From assembly GCA_027078545.1 (NCBI GenBank), contig JALWXN010000004.1:288001-352000 (forward strand): DNA of 64,000 bases, read 5' to 3'. Below the pieces are notes generated by a model that saw only the letters and a program-made list of their open reading frames with translations, ran no database searches and was not told the origin of the DNA. The stretch comes from Nitrososphaeria archaeon. GTDB lineage: Archaea > Thermoproteota > Nitrososphaeria > Geothermarchaeales > JDFR-13. Shown here piece after piece: positions 1 to 11,000 of this stretch. The position numbers were made by a program, and so were the translations under genes. Positions within the stretch are counted from its first letter, which is position 1, and each line of letters begins with the position of its first letter.

Positions 1-719
1 GCGGCTATAGCCTTTAGCTCTATCTCGTTGCGGTCGCTCATCTCCCTGTCTAGGAGTCCCGGGGTGTCTATTATCTGTCCCCTCACGGGCCCTACCTCGA
101 TGTGTCCCACGTGTATATCCTTGGTTGTGAAGGGATATGACGCGGTCTTGGTCTTGGCGGTTGATAGGGTGTTTACCAGTGTGGATTTGCCGGTGTTGGG
201 TGGGCCGGCAACTATGAATGTGGGTTTATCAGGGTCTATCGATGGTAGTCTCCTTGCATATTTATACAGTCTTATCACGTAGTCCATGTCCTCGGCCGCC
301 CTGTGTAGGAATGTTGATATCTTTCCCTGTCCCACCCTCCTCCACTTCTTCATCTCGTCTGGGTCTTCCTCCGACAATATCTTGTTGATGTATTCATCCC
401 TGATCTCTTCTATGGCTTTGACTATCCCTAGGAATCGTTTATGTATCCTCCTGATCTCCTTCTCGTCGAAGTATAGGTTTATGAGGTCACGGTAGAAGGG
501 ATCTGCCTCGAAGTATGCGTCTAGAATTTTTATCGCCCTGTTTATGTGTGTCAGGACGGTTCTAGCCAGTACGGATACCCTTGTCTTCTCCCTCTTACGG
601 GCGGTCTCCACCTTCCCCTTATATGGTATCTTGTTTGCTTCTCGGGAGGCTCTTTTGAAGGCTATGTCCTCCACCTCCCTCATCGGCTGTGGCGGTTTTA
701 GCTTCTCCCATGGATTCAT
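1..719 (-). CDS. NOG1-family GTP-binding protein (3' end outside window; absent from the ORF track)
   Basis: Manual translation of the minus strand from ATG at 719: MNPWEKLKPPQPMREVEDIAFKRA...FIVAGPPNTGKST...YPFTT...IIDTPGLLDR...RNEIE (G1, G2 and G3 motifs plus the Nog1 signature). Confidence 0.9.
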   Translation of the reverse strand, partial: MNPWEKLKPPQPMREVEDIAFKRASREANKIPYKGKVETARKREKTRVSVLARTVLTHINRAIKILDAYFEADPFYRDLINLYFDEKEIRRIHKRFLGIVKAIEEIRDEYINKILSEEDPDEMKKWRRVGQGKISTFLHRAAEDMDYVIRLYKYARRLPSIDPDKPTFIVAGPPNTGKSTLVNTLSTAKTKTASYPFTTKDIHVGHIEVGPVRGQIIDTPGLLDREMSDRNEIELKAIA

Positions 720-774
720 CTCCAAGCCCCAATTTATTTTATGTCTGGGGACTATTTGTTGGGGTGCCTGTGTA

Positions 775-1371
775 ATGTCGCAGTATGGTGTGGGGGGCAC
801 GGCTATTGGTCTTAGGACTAGGGACTCTGTACTCCTGGCTACGGATAAGCTTTATCTGGCGGGTAATATAGCTTTTAGCCAATCTGCTAAGAAGCTTCTA
901 CGTCTTACCGATAGGGTCTACCTCGCTGCTGCAGGGTTGATTGCGGATGTGCAGGGCCTGGTGAAGGAGGTTGAATATAACATCGGTACGAGGACCCTGC
1001 TTCTACAGAGGGAGATGAGTGTACGCTCCATAGCTAGGCTTGTATCGGTGATACTATATAGTAGTAAGGGTCTTCCATACTATACACAGGTCCTTGTCGG
1101 TGGGTATTCCAGGGGGCCCGAGCTATACTCATTAGACTCACTCGGATCCGTGATGGAGGATCAATATGTGGCTATAGGTACTGGTGCGGAGACTGCCCTA
1201 AGTATTCTGGATACTGGTTATAGGGAGGATCTGGGTAGGGATGAGGCTATAGACCTTGCCCTAAGGGTGTTTAGAGCTGTTACTAGGAGGGATGTCTTGA
1301 CGGGCTATACGATAGATCTCGTGTATATTACTAGTGAGGGTGCGGAGGAGTTCTCGAAGTCATTGATATAG
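775..1371 (+). CDS. psmB: 20S proteasome beta subunit (probably the non-catalytic type)
   Basis: GTAIGLRTRDSVLLATD, GLIAD, LDSLGS, GTG and RD motifs. ATG 775 is preferred over 544, which overlaps the GTPase gene. Confidence 0.9.
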   Translation: MSQYGVGGTAIGLRTRDSVLLATDKLYLAGNIAFSQSAKKLLRLTDRVYLAAAGLIADVQGLVKEVEYNIGTRTLLLQREMSVRSIARLVSVILYSSKGLPYYTQVLVGGYSRGPELYSLDSLGSVMEDQYVAIGTGAETALSILDTGYREDLGRDEAIDLALRVFRAVTRRDVLTGYTIDLVYITSEGAEEFSKSLI

Positions 1372-1389
1372 GTTTCTGGGTGGCCTGCT

Positions 1390-1998
1390 TTGAAGGGTCT
1401 TGCCGAGCTGCTTAGGGATAGTGTGGAGAGGCTTGGTAAGAGGTATGAGGAGGTGGATCCTCTCAGGGAGGAGGTTATCAAGAAGTGTAGGGACCTCCTC
1501 TCCACTGTGAGGAAGGGGTTTGGATACGCCTATAGGGGGGACTATGGAGGGCTGTCCGAGACTGTCTCGAAGGCGACTGGTATTGTGGGGGATATCCTCG
1601 GCTTGATAGAGGCGAATAGGGAGTATCGGGAATATCTTGTCCGGGTCGCGGGGGATGCTATGAGGGAGTATGTGGAGCTCCTCCTCCTTGACCGATGGCT
1701 TAGTGGCGGGGGTCTCGACCTCTCTCTCCTGGGTAGGATGGAGCCTACATGGATAATCGAGGGTGTGAGGGATTTTGCGGGTGAGGTTCGTAGGTTCTCC
1801 CTCTCATGGCTTATTAGGGGTAGGTGTGAGGATGTATATGCCTCTATAGAGCTGTTGGAGGAGTTGGTGGCGATCCTCTCCTCGTATATGGTGCCTAGCT
1901 ATATCTATTCCGGGTATAAGAAGGATCTAGACTTCGTCAAGAGGATGTTGGATAATCTGAAGTCGGAGTATATTGATGTGTGTGGTGGTGGTAGGTGA
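1390..1998 (+). CDS. Translin/Trax (C3PO)-family protein
   Basis: All-helical; REEVIK..R, EYVE and G..DFAGE.RR motifs typical of archaeal translin. Confidence 0.75.
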   Translation: MKGLAELLRDSVERLGKRYEEVDPLREEVIKKCRDLLSTVRKGFGYAYRGDYGGLSETVSKATGIVGDILGLIEANREYREYLVRVAGDAMREYVELLLLDRWLSGGGLDLSLLGRMEPTWIIEGVRDFAGEVRRFSLSWLIRGRCEDVYASIELLEELVAILSSYMVPSYIYSGYKKDLDFVKRMLDNLKSEYIDVCGGGR

Positions 1999-2675
1999 AT
2001 CTGAGGCTGGCCAGGACATACCTGGTGGATCTCTATAAGCTTGGGGCTGGTGAGAAGTATATCAAGGTTCCTACTAGTGAGCTCGCCGCCTTCTTCGGGG
2101 TTAGCCAGCAGAGTGCGTCTAGGATATTGCAGGAGCTTTTCGAGATGGAATTGATTGATAAGCGTAACGTGGATAGGACTCTCTGGGTTAGGCTTACTGA
2201 TAAGGGGCTTGCCGAGGTTGATGACTATATAAGGTATATTAATGATGCTTATGAGAGGCCTGGGAGGTTCTTCTTCAGGGGTGTCGTGGTTACTGGCCTG
2301 GGTGAGGGGGCTTACTACATGAGTAGGAAGGGGTATGTGATCCAGTTCGAGAGGCTATTGGGCTTCACCCCGTATCCAGGCACGTTGAATCTTAAGCTTA
2401 ACGAGCCGTACTATGTCTATCAGAATAGGCTTCTACGGAAGCTCCGGGGCCTGCATATAAAGGGCTTTAGGACGAAGGAGAGGGTGTTTGGTGATGTGCG
2501 GGCCTTCAGGGCGTTGATACAGTCTAAGATTGAGGGTGCCGTGATATATGCTGAGAGGTCGATATATGGGTTCGACATGTTGGAGGTTATCGCCCCAGTG
2601 TATCTGAGGGATGCCTTGAAGCTTAGGGATGGGGATGTTGTGGAGGTTGAGGTCTATATAAACGAGTCTCGGTAG
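1995..2675 (+). CDS. ribK: CTP-dependent riboflavin kinase with N-terminal wHTH (RbkR/RibK)
   Basis: SQQSASR HTH; GLGEGAYY, PYPGTLN, EVIAP.YLR..L.L.DGD motifs. Confidence 0.93.
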   Translation: MNLRLARTYLVDLYKLGAGEKYIKVPTSELAAFFGVSQQSASRILQELFEMELIDKRNVDRTLWVRLTDKGLAEVDDYIRYINDAYERPGRFFFRGVVVTGLGEGAYYMSRKGYVIQFERLLGFTPYPGTLNLKLNEPYYVYQNRLLRKLRGLHIKGFRTKERVFGDVRAFRALIQSKIEGAVIYAERSIYGFDMLEVIAPVYLRDALKLRDGDVVEVEVYINESR

Positions 2676-3253
2676 AGCTCGACTATCCTCCTCTTAATCT
2701 CAGTTGTCTTTACACCCTCGACCTCTAGGTTGATCCTAACTATCTTCCTGCCGCGTAGCACGTCTATGTCTATGCCTGGTGGGAGGGTCTGGTCATACCC
2801 CAGTATTATTATGTCTGGCTGGACTATCCTGATCGGCTTTGTAAAGTCTTCCTCGTCGCCCAGTATGGCTAGGTCTACATATCTGACTGCTGAGACCACC
2901 TCTCTCCTGTCCTCCTCACTGTTCACCGCCTTCTTCCCCTTTAGTTTGAGGACTGTGGCGTCTCTGGCAATGATTACTATTAGGGCGTCTACCAGCTTCC
3001 TCGCCTCCCTGAGGGTGTAGATATGTCCCTTGTGTAGTATGTCGAATACCCCTCCTATAACGCCTATCTGGATGCTTCTCCTCCCTTCTGGTGTGAGTCT
3101 TCCACGGTATAGGAGCCCCTTCTCCTCTAGGCGTGAATATACCTCGTTGTTTATGCTACATTGTGGCTGGTATTCTATCCCTAGCCTGTTGGCGAGGCTT
3201 TTGAGGTATATTCTTGCGAGGACGGTCTTCTCCTGCTGTGAGACGCTCTCCAT
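2654..3253 (-). CDS. ribL: FAD synthase (RibL, cytidylyltransferase fold) with N-terminal extension
   Basis: GGVFDILHKGH, ARD, PDIIILGYDQ; adjacent to riboflavin kinase. Confidence 0.85.
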   Translation of the reverse strand: MESVSQQEKTVLARIYLKSLANRLGIEYQPQCSINNEVYSRLEEKGLLYRGRLTPEGRRSIQIGVIGGVFDILHKGHIYTLREARKLVDALIVIIARDATVLKLKGKKAVNSEEDRREVVSAVRYVDLAILGDEEDFTKPIRIVQPDIIILGYDQTLPPGIDIDVLRGRKIVRINLEVEGVKTTEIKRRIVELYRDSFI

Positions 3254-3257
3254 TTGG

Positions 3258-4022
3258 TCAGTCCCTCAAGAGATACTCTATATACTCCATCTCCGTAAAA
3301 TGTGGCTTGGCTGTCACGATTATTATGGAGGGCTCGCTACCCATGTTGCTGGGTATGTTCCCCGGGTTTCTATATGCATCTATCCTCTGCCTAGCCGTCC
3401 CGAGGGAGGTTAGGACGATTATTATGTGTTCAGGCTTCTCGAGTAGGGAGGCCGCCTCGGGGTCTTGTAGGAGTATGTCTACCGCCTCTCTAGGCTGCAT
3501 CATGTATCCTGTCTCCGCGTCATACTCGAGGAAGTATAGTGTGTGTAGCCCCCTCTCGAGATTGGAGACGAGTATCTCTATGTTCCTCCTGTTCATCTCT
3601 AGCCCTCCCCTAACCAGTGTTCCTGAGGCCCCAACCCTGTATATGTCTAGGCCCGCCTCTCCAACAGCTGCTGTGTAGGATGATGCGTTGTGGTATACCC
3701 TGGTCTCGACACCGTTTCTCCTCGCCTCTATTAGGATTGCCTTATGGGTCGTGGCTATCAATGGGTCGCCGTAGACGAGTATGAGGATGTCTTCTTCCCT
3801 CGCCTCCTCGATTATATCCCTAATCCCATCCTCCAGGTCTCTCCTCCTTAGTGGTATGGGCCTCCTACCAGCTAGTAGCTTCTCTAGCTCATCATGGCTA
3901 TAGGGGAGGGGGCTTGTATATGTCTCTAGGTAGATCTTTGAATAGTTGTGGATCTCCTCAACCACCTCCCTTGGTAGTGTTGGTCTCTCTGATATCCCCA
4001 TGCCGGCCAGTATTAGTGTCAA
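3258..4022 (-). CDS. dph5: Diphthine synthase
   Basis: YLETYTS, GDPLIATTH, HNAS, N..RGLHTL motifs. Confidence 0.92.
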   Translation of the reverse strand: MTLILAGMGISERPTLPREVVEEIHNYSKIYLETYTSPLPYSHDELEKLLAGRRPIPLRRRDLEDGIRDIIEEAREEDILILVYGDPLIATTHKAILIEARRNGVETRVYHNASSYTAAVGEAGLDIYRVGASGTLVRGGLEMNRRNIEILVSNLERGLHTLYFLEYDAETGYMMQPREAVDILLQDPEAASLLEKPEHIIIVLTSLGTARQRIDAYRNPGNIPSNMGSEPSIIIVTAKPHFTEMEYIEYLLRD

Positions 4023-4080
4023 GGCCTGATCCCCCGTATAATCCTAAAATAGGTGGTTTGTGGTTAGTGATATTTGGTCG

Positions 4081-4233
<153 letters not shown>

Positions 4234-4375
4234 ATAACCGGTCTCCATAGTGTATCGTTGCTCAGGGTTTGTGGGGGTAAGATTTATATATTTACCCACC
4301 TTGTAAATTTATGACACCATGCTGGCATATCATATTAACTGGTTGGTGGGTCGTCCCTGGGGGGTGTAGAGGTAG

Positions 4376-4645
4376 ATGCCGTCCTCTGAGAATGAGCTTG
4401 ATGAGAAGCTTAAAAAGATTATTCTGAGCCATAGGCTCGTGCCTGAGCATAGGGTTCTCTCTAAGGAGGAGGCCCAGAAGGTCATTGAGAAGTATTGTGG
4501 TGGGGATAAGTATAAGCTTCCATACATCAGGAAGAGTGACCCGATCGTTAAGGCCCTCGGGGCGAAGAAGGACGACGTGATCATGATTATCCGTAGGAGC
4601 CCCACCGCCGGGGTATCTGTATACTACAGGTTGGTGATAGGATGA
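4376..4645 (+). CDS. rpoH: RNA polymerase subunit H (Rpo5)
   Basis: H.LVPEH, LPYI..SDP, R.SPTAG..YYR. Confidence 0.97.
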   Translation: MPSSENELDEKLKKIILSHRLVPEHRVLSKEEAQKVIEKYCGGDKYKLPYIRKSDPIVKALGAKKDDVIMIIRRSPTAGVSVYYRLVIG

Positions 4646-7600
4646 AGAGGCTGGACATCAATAGGTATCTGGTCTATAAGAAGCATGACTATGATACTTG
4701 GCCGGTTATTAAGGCTATGCTCAACGAGTTCGGCCTTGCTAAGCAGCATATAGATTCGTATAACGAGTTTGTCGATACGATCCTGAAGGAGATTGTGGAG
4801 GAGAATAGTACGATACGTGTCCCTGGTGAGCAGGGGGAGTGGATATTCCAGATTGAGGAGGTGTGGGTTGAGCAGCCCAGCACCAAGGATATCCGTGGGG
4901 CCTCGATCACTAAGCAGCATGGATATATCCCATCTGTCTGTAGGCTCCAGGGGTATTCATACTATGCCCCTATAAAGGCTAGGTTTAAGAAGATCACTGG
5001 TACCACGTCTACGGAGGAGGTTGAGCTTGGATATCTCCCTGTGATGGTAAAGTCTAAGATATGTTATCTACATGGAGAGTCTAGGGAGAACCTTATAAAG
5101 CTTGGTGAGGATCCTGATGATCCTGGTGGATACTTCATTATAAATGGTAGTGAGCGGGCCATCGTGGCTGTGGAGGATCTCGCCTCTAACACTATCATAA
5201 CCCGTGTGGATAAGTCGTCTAGTACGGTTACCTATTCCTCTAGGATGCTCTCGGTGAGGGGTAGTCTGAGGAACCATGTCGTCGTGACTTTGAAGAGGGA
5301 GTCTGCGGTCGTGACTATACCCTTCACGACTAGTGCTATCCCCTTCCCCATAGTGATGAAGGCGCTGGGTGTTGTTAAGGATGGCGATATTGTGGAGGCT
5401 GTCGCCCGTGGGGATCCTGATATCGAGGCTGTGATCCTCCCGATTGTGAGGAAGTTTAGGGAGATTAAGGATCAGGAGAGGGCCCTCCTCTACATAGGTA
5501 ATAGGACACAGGCTTCTCAGCAGCCTATGGATAGGAGGATTAATAGGGCTAGGCATATACTGGATAAGTATCTCTTCCCACACATCGGGATGGGACCTGA
5601 GTATAGGCTTAGGAAGGCCTATCTACTGGCGGAGATGGTTAGGAGGGCTGTTGAGCTTAGGCTTGGCTATAGGGAGCCTGATGATCGTGACCACTATGCG
5701 TATAAGAGGCTTAGGCTGGCTGGCCCCCTGCTGGGCCAGATATTCGCCAAGTCTCTCAAGTCGTTGATGAAGGATCTCCAGTATAATATACAGAAGAACG
5801 TCGTGAATAGGGGTAGGATAAACCTGAGGTATCTGGTGAGGGGTAACAAGATTACTCATAGGCTTACCCATGCACTGGCTACTGGTACGTGGTCTCAGAA
5901 GACTACTGGTGTTACCCAGATGCTGGATAGGACGAACTTCCTATCCACCCTTAGCCATCTCAGGAGGATTCAGAGCCCGCTTAGTAGGAGCCGTCCACAG
6001 TTCGAGGCTAGGGAGGTCCACGCGTCTCATCTCGGGCGTATATGCCCTGTGGAGAGTCCTGAGGGTCAGAACATCGGCCTGGTTAAGAACCTGGCGTTAT
6101 CGGCTGTGGTCTCTAATGAGCATCCGTCGGAGCTTATGACTGAGCTCCTCTTTAAGGAGGGTGTTATCCCTATCGAGGAGGCTCCTAGGGAGGCCTGGAT
6201 GAATGGTGCCAAGGTCTTCCTGAATGGCGACTTCATAGGGTTCGTTATGGATCCTGAGGAGTTTGTGGAGAGGATCAGGAGTTATAGGCGTAGGGGCGCG
6301 ATACCCCCTGATGTAAACATATCTCTTAGGAAGTTTGATAATGAGAAGATCCGGCCTGAGATATATGTTGAGAGTAGTAGTGCCCGTGTCTTGAGGCCTC
6401 TGATAAGGGTTGAGAATGGTAAGCCGCTCCTGACTAAGGAGCATATTGAGATGGTTAGGAATGGTACGTTGAAGTTCTCCGATCTCTTGAGGCAGGGTAT
6501 TATAGAGCTGATCGATGCTAATGAGGAGTTCAACGTCTTGACCGCCTTCTTCCCAGAGGAGTTGACGCCTGAGCATACTCATCTAGAGCTTGCTCCATAC
6601 TTCTTCCTGGGTATAACGGCGTCTATCATACCCTTTGCAGAGCATAACCAGAGCCCGAGGAACTCTTATGAGGCGGCTATGGCTAAGCAGGCCCTGGGTA
6701 TACCGGTCACTAATATCGCGCTTAGGATGGATAGTAGGGCCCATCTACTGGAGTATCCGCAGATCCCTATTGTCCAGACACGTATAACTGATATGATCTA
6801 TCTGAACGATAGGCCTATTGGTCAGAACCTCGTCGTCGCGATAATGTCTTATGAGAGCTATAATATGGAGGATGCGGTGATCATCAATAAGGCGGCTGTT
6901 GACAGGGGTCTGCTGAGATCGTTCTTCTACAAGACGTATGAGTCTGTGGCGAAGATGCATGGCGGTGGCGTGACGGATAAGTTTGAGATCCCGAGTAAGG
7001 ATAACCTCAACTATATGGGTGAGGATCACTATAGGTCCCTCGAGGATGATGGCCTCCCCTATGTGGAGGCTAGGCTGAAGAAGGAGGATGTGGTTATCGG
7101 TAAGACCGGTCCACCCAGGTTCCTTAGCGAGTTGGTCGGTAGGGAGGAGAAGAGGAGGGATAGTAGTATTACTCTTGACCAGTTCGAGGCCACTGTGGAT
7201 AAGGTTGTCCTGACCCTGAATAAGGATGGCGAGCTTACCGCGATGGTTAGGGTGAGGGAGTATAGGATACCCGAGCTGGGTGATAAGCTGGCGTCTAGGC
7301 ATGGTCAGAAGGGTGTTATTGGTCTACTTGCTAATCCCGAGGATATGCCCTACACCGCTGATGGTATCATCCCCGACCTGATCATCAATCCACATGCATT
7401 CCCCTCCAGGATGACTGTTGGCCAGTTCCTAGAGTCTATAGCTGGGAAGTATGGTGCCTTGGCCGGTAGGTTTATAGACGGCTCTCCATTCGTCTCCTTC
7501 AACTATGAGGAGCTGGCCGAGATGCTTAGGTCGGTGGGCTTCGAGTATAAGGGTACGGAGGTCATGTATGACGGTAGGACTGGGCGGAAGTTTAAGGCCC

Positions 7601-8016
7601 ACATCTTCATAGGGATTGTGTATTACCAGAAGCTGCACCACATGGTCGCTGATAAGATGCATGCTAGGGCTGTGGGGCCGATCCAGGTGCTTACCAAGCA
7701 GCCTACTGAGGGCCGTGCTAGGGATGGTGGGCTAAGGATTGGTGATATGGAGAAGGATGTCTTCCTGGCTTATGGTGCCTCCTCGATTGTTAAGGAGCGT
7801 CTCCTAGATGCGTCGGACAAGACTACAATCCTGGTCTGTACCAAGTGTGGGTTGGAGGGCTATCTAGATGCTAGGGAGAACAAGTTTGTCTGCCCTGTAT
7901 GTGGGCCTGATGCTCCGCTTGTGCCTGTAAACGTATCCTATGCCTTCAAGCTCCTTCTGGATGAGTTGAAGAGTATGACTATCTATCCCAAGCTTAATGT
8001 GAAGGAGGTGGTGTAG
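4642..8016 (+). CDS. rpoB: RNA polymerase subunit B (unsplit Rpo2)
   Basis: [43 protein letters not shown]. Confidence 0.99.
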   Translation: MKRLDINRYLVYKKHDYDTWPVIKAMLNEFGLAKQHIDSYNEFVDTILKEIVEENSTIRVPGEQGEWIFQIEEVWVEQPSTKDIRGASITKQHGYIPSVCRLQGYSYYAPIKARFKKITGTTSTEEVELGYLPVMVKSKICYLHGESRENLIKLGEDPDDPGGYFIINGSERAIVAVEDLASNTIITRVDKSSSTVTYSSRMLSVRGSLRNHVVVTLKRESAVVTIPFTTSAIPFPIVMKALGVVKDGDIVEAVARGDPDIEAVILPIVRKFREIKDQERALLYIGNRTQASQQPMDRRINRARHILDKYLFPHIGMGPEYRLRKAYLLAEMVRRAVELRLGYREPDDRDHYAYKRLRLAGPLLGQIFAKSLKSLMKDLQYNIQKNVVNRGRINLRYLVRGNKITHRLTHALATGTWSQKTTGVTQMLDRTNFLSTLSHLRRIQSPLSRSRPQFEAREVHASHLGRICPVESPEGQNIGLVKNLALSAVVSNEHPSELMTELLFKEGVIPIEEAPREAWMNGAKVFLNGDFIGFVMDPEEFVERIRSYRRRGAIPPDVNISLRKFDNEKIRPEIYVESSSARVLRPLIRVENGKPLLTKEHIEMVRNGTLKFSDLLRQGIIELIDANEEFNVLTAFFPEELTPEHTHLELAPYFFLGITASIIPFAEHNQSPRNSYEAAMAKQALGIPVTNIALRMDSRAHLLEYPQIPIVQTRITDMIYLNDRPIGQNLVVAIMSYESYNMEDAVIINKAAVDRGLLRSFFYKTYESVAKMHGGGVTDKFEIPSKDNLNYMGEDHYRSLEDDGLPYVEARLKKEDVVIGKTGPPRFLSELVGREEKRRDSSITLDQFEATVDKVVLTLNKDGELTAMVRVREYRIPELGDKLASRHGQKGVIGLLANPEDMPYTADGIIPDLIINPHAFPSRMTVGQFLESIAGKYGALAGRFIDGSPFVSFNYEELAEMLRSVGFEYKGTEVMYDGRTGRKFKAHIFIGIVYYQKLHHMVADKMHARAVGPIQVLTKQPTEGRARDGGLRIGDMEKDVFLAYGASSIVKERLLDASDKTTILVCTKCGLEGYLDARENKFVCPVCGPDAPLVPVNVSYAFKLLLDELKSMTIYPKLNVKEVV

Positions 8017-8017
8017 C

Positions 8018-11000
8018 GTGTCCTTCGGTAGGGAGATTAGGAGGTATGAGGAGCAGGCGCATAGGTATGCCATCTCATCGATAAAGTTTGGCGTACTCTC
8101 TCCACAGATGATTAGGTCTATGTCTGTGGTGGAGATCACTAATGAGTCGCCCCGTAACGAGCTTGACGAGCCTATGCCTGGCGGTGTTCTGGACCCGAGG
8201 CTGGGTAATCCCGAGCCTAACTCATACTGCCCGACCTGTGGTAATGATAGGGATCACTGTCCAGGGCATTTCGGGCATATAGACCTGGCCCTACCGGTGA
8301 TCAACGTCCTCTTCGCAGAGTATATCTACCTGATCCTGAAGGGTGTCTGTCTAAACTGTTCACATATCAAGATTGATCCTAAGAAGAAGCCGAAGTATAT
8401 TAAGAGGGCCTGGGAGCTTAGGAAGAACCTCCCCTACATGTACGACCTCTTCGTGAAGAAGATTATCAAGGAGGCTTCAGAGGCTGAGAGGTGCCCCAAC
8501 TGTGGGAAGGAGAATATCAAGATCGTCTTTGAGAAGCCACATAAGTTCTTCAAGGTTACGAAGGATGGTGAGCATATAGAGCTGATGCCTAGTGAGATCA
8601 GGAGCGTATTTGAGAACATCCCTGATGAGGAGCTTATCCTGTATGGCCTCTACTGTGAGGCTGGTGCCCAGGCGTATGGTGCTGGGAGGAAGGCGGACTG
8701 CATAAGGCCTGAGTGGTTCATACTCCAGGCTCTGCCGGTACCGCCACTTACTGTTAGGCCCTCTATCCTGCATGAGGGTGGAGAGCGTAGGGAGGATGAT
8801 CTGACACATAAGCTTGTTGATATCGTGAAGGTTAACAGTAAGATTAGGAAGGATAAGACTGCCGGCTCTGTGGCGATGGCTCTGAAGAATGACTATGATG
8901 TTCTCCAGCTCCACGTCATTACATATTTCCATAACGAGTTGCCGGGTATTCCTCCGGCTACTCATAGGGGTGTGAAGAGGCTTAAGACCCTTGTCCAGAG
9001 GCTTAGTGGTAAGGAGGGTAGGTTTAGGAATAACTTGATAGGTAAGCGTGTAAACTTCTCTGCTAGGACCGTTATCTCGCCCGACTCGAACCTGGATATT
9101 AATGAGGTTGGTGTCCCAGTAGATATAGCTAAGATATTGACTGTGCCTGAGGTTGTGACTCCCTATAACATTGACTTCCTTAGGCAGCTGGTCCTGAATG
9201 GTGCGGATACGCATCCAGGGGCGAACTATATCTATAGGCAGAAGACGAAGAGTAGGCATAACCTGAGGTATGTGACGGATAGGAGCTTCCTCGCCAATAT
9301 GCTGGAGGTTGGTGATATAGTTGAGAGGCACCTTATGGATGGCGATATAGTCCTCTTCAATAGGCAGCCGTCGCTCCACAGGATGTCGATGATGGGCCAT
9401 ATAGCTAGGATACTCCCCTATAGGACGTTCAGGCTCCACCTAACGGTCTGTCCACCCTACAACGCCGACTTCGATGGGGACGAGATGAATCTGCATGTCC
9501 CGCAGAATAGTGAGGCCCAGGCAGAGGCAAGGTCCCTGATGCTGGTTGAGAACCAGATTATCAGTCCGAGGTATGGAGCCCCGATCATCGGCTTCACCAA
9601 GGACTACCTAACCTCCTCCTTCCTCCTGACTAGGGATGAGAAGAGGCTGGATAAGGCTAGGCTCTTCAACCTCCTCTCGATCTATGATGAGATACCGAAG
9701 ATGGATATGGTTAGGAACTGGGATAAGATGCATAGTGGGAGGCTCCTATTCAGTATCCTCCTGCCCAAGGACTTCACCTACTCATTGAAGAGTAGGCTGG
9801 AGGAGGACGTGATTATTAAGGAGGGTGTCCTGGTCAAGGGTGTCATAGATAAGAGGTCTATTGGTGCCGAGCAGGCCGATAGTGTCCTACATAGACTGGT
9901 GAGGGAGTATGGTAATAGGTTTGGTGGGGACTTCATCACGAGGTTCGCCTCGGTGCTGGATAGATACCTATTGTCCAGGGGCTTCTCCATAGGTATTGAG
10001 GATCTCAAGCTGCCTGAAGAGGTTGTGGAGGAGATTAAGGAGATTGAGAGGGAGGCCCATAGGAAGGTTGAGGAGGTTATTAGGCAGTATAGGGAGGGTA
10101 GGCTGGAGCTTATCAAGGGCCTCTCGCCCGAGGAGTCTCTTGAGCAGAAGATACATGAGATACTGGCCGATGCTAGGACTAGGGCTGGTCTGAAGGCGTT
10201 GGAGAGCCTGGATAAGGATAACCCGCTCTATGTGATGGTCATCAGCGGTGCACGTGGTACTGATATTAATGTGGCCCAACTCACGGCTATGCTTGGGCAG
10301 CAGACGATCAGGGGTGAGCGTATCTCCAGGGGCTATGGCAAGAGGACGTTGACCGTGTTTAAGGAGGGTGATATAGGTACGAAGGCTAGGGGCTTCATAG
10401 GCAGCAATTTCTACCGTGGCCTGAACCCTGTGGAGTTCTTCTTCCACGCGATAAGTGGTCGTGAGGGGTTGATGGACACAGCTGTGAAGACCCAGGAGAG
10501 TGGTTATCTCTATAGGCGTATACTATACTCTATGGAGCATCTCCAGGTTGACCACGACTTCACTGTGAGGACCTCGTATGGTAAGATTGTGCAGTTCGTA
10601 TATGGTGAGGATAAAGTAGACCCTGCCAGGAGTGACCATGGTAAGCCGGTAAATGTGGAGCGCCTGGTAGACTCTATATCGCTGCTCTACCCCAAGGGTA
10701 AGTATGCAGGGAGCAAGTATATCGATGAGATCCTCTCAAAGGTTAAGGATGAGATACCGCCCTCTCTCTATGAGGAGCTTAGAACAGTCCTGATGAGGAA
10801 GAGGGCTAATAAGGAGGTTGTTAGGGAGGCTGTTAGGCAGGCCGTCCTCAACTATAGGAGCTCAACCATCGATCCCAACACTGCCATAGGTGTGATAACC
10901 GCCCAGTCGATCGGTGAGCCTGGTACCCAGATGACTCTGAGGACCTTCCACTACGCCGGTGTAAAGGAGAAGAACGTGACTATTGGTCTGCCACGTATCA

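Noticed and set aside
28-774. Plus-strand ORFs 28-282 and 286-495 and the 544-774 extension of psmB
   Set aside because: Shadows of the minus-strand NOG1 GTPase.
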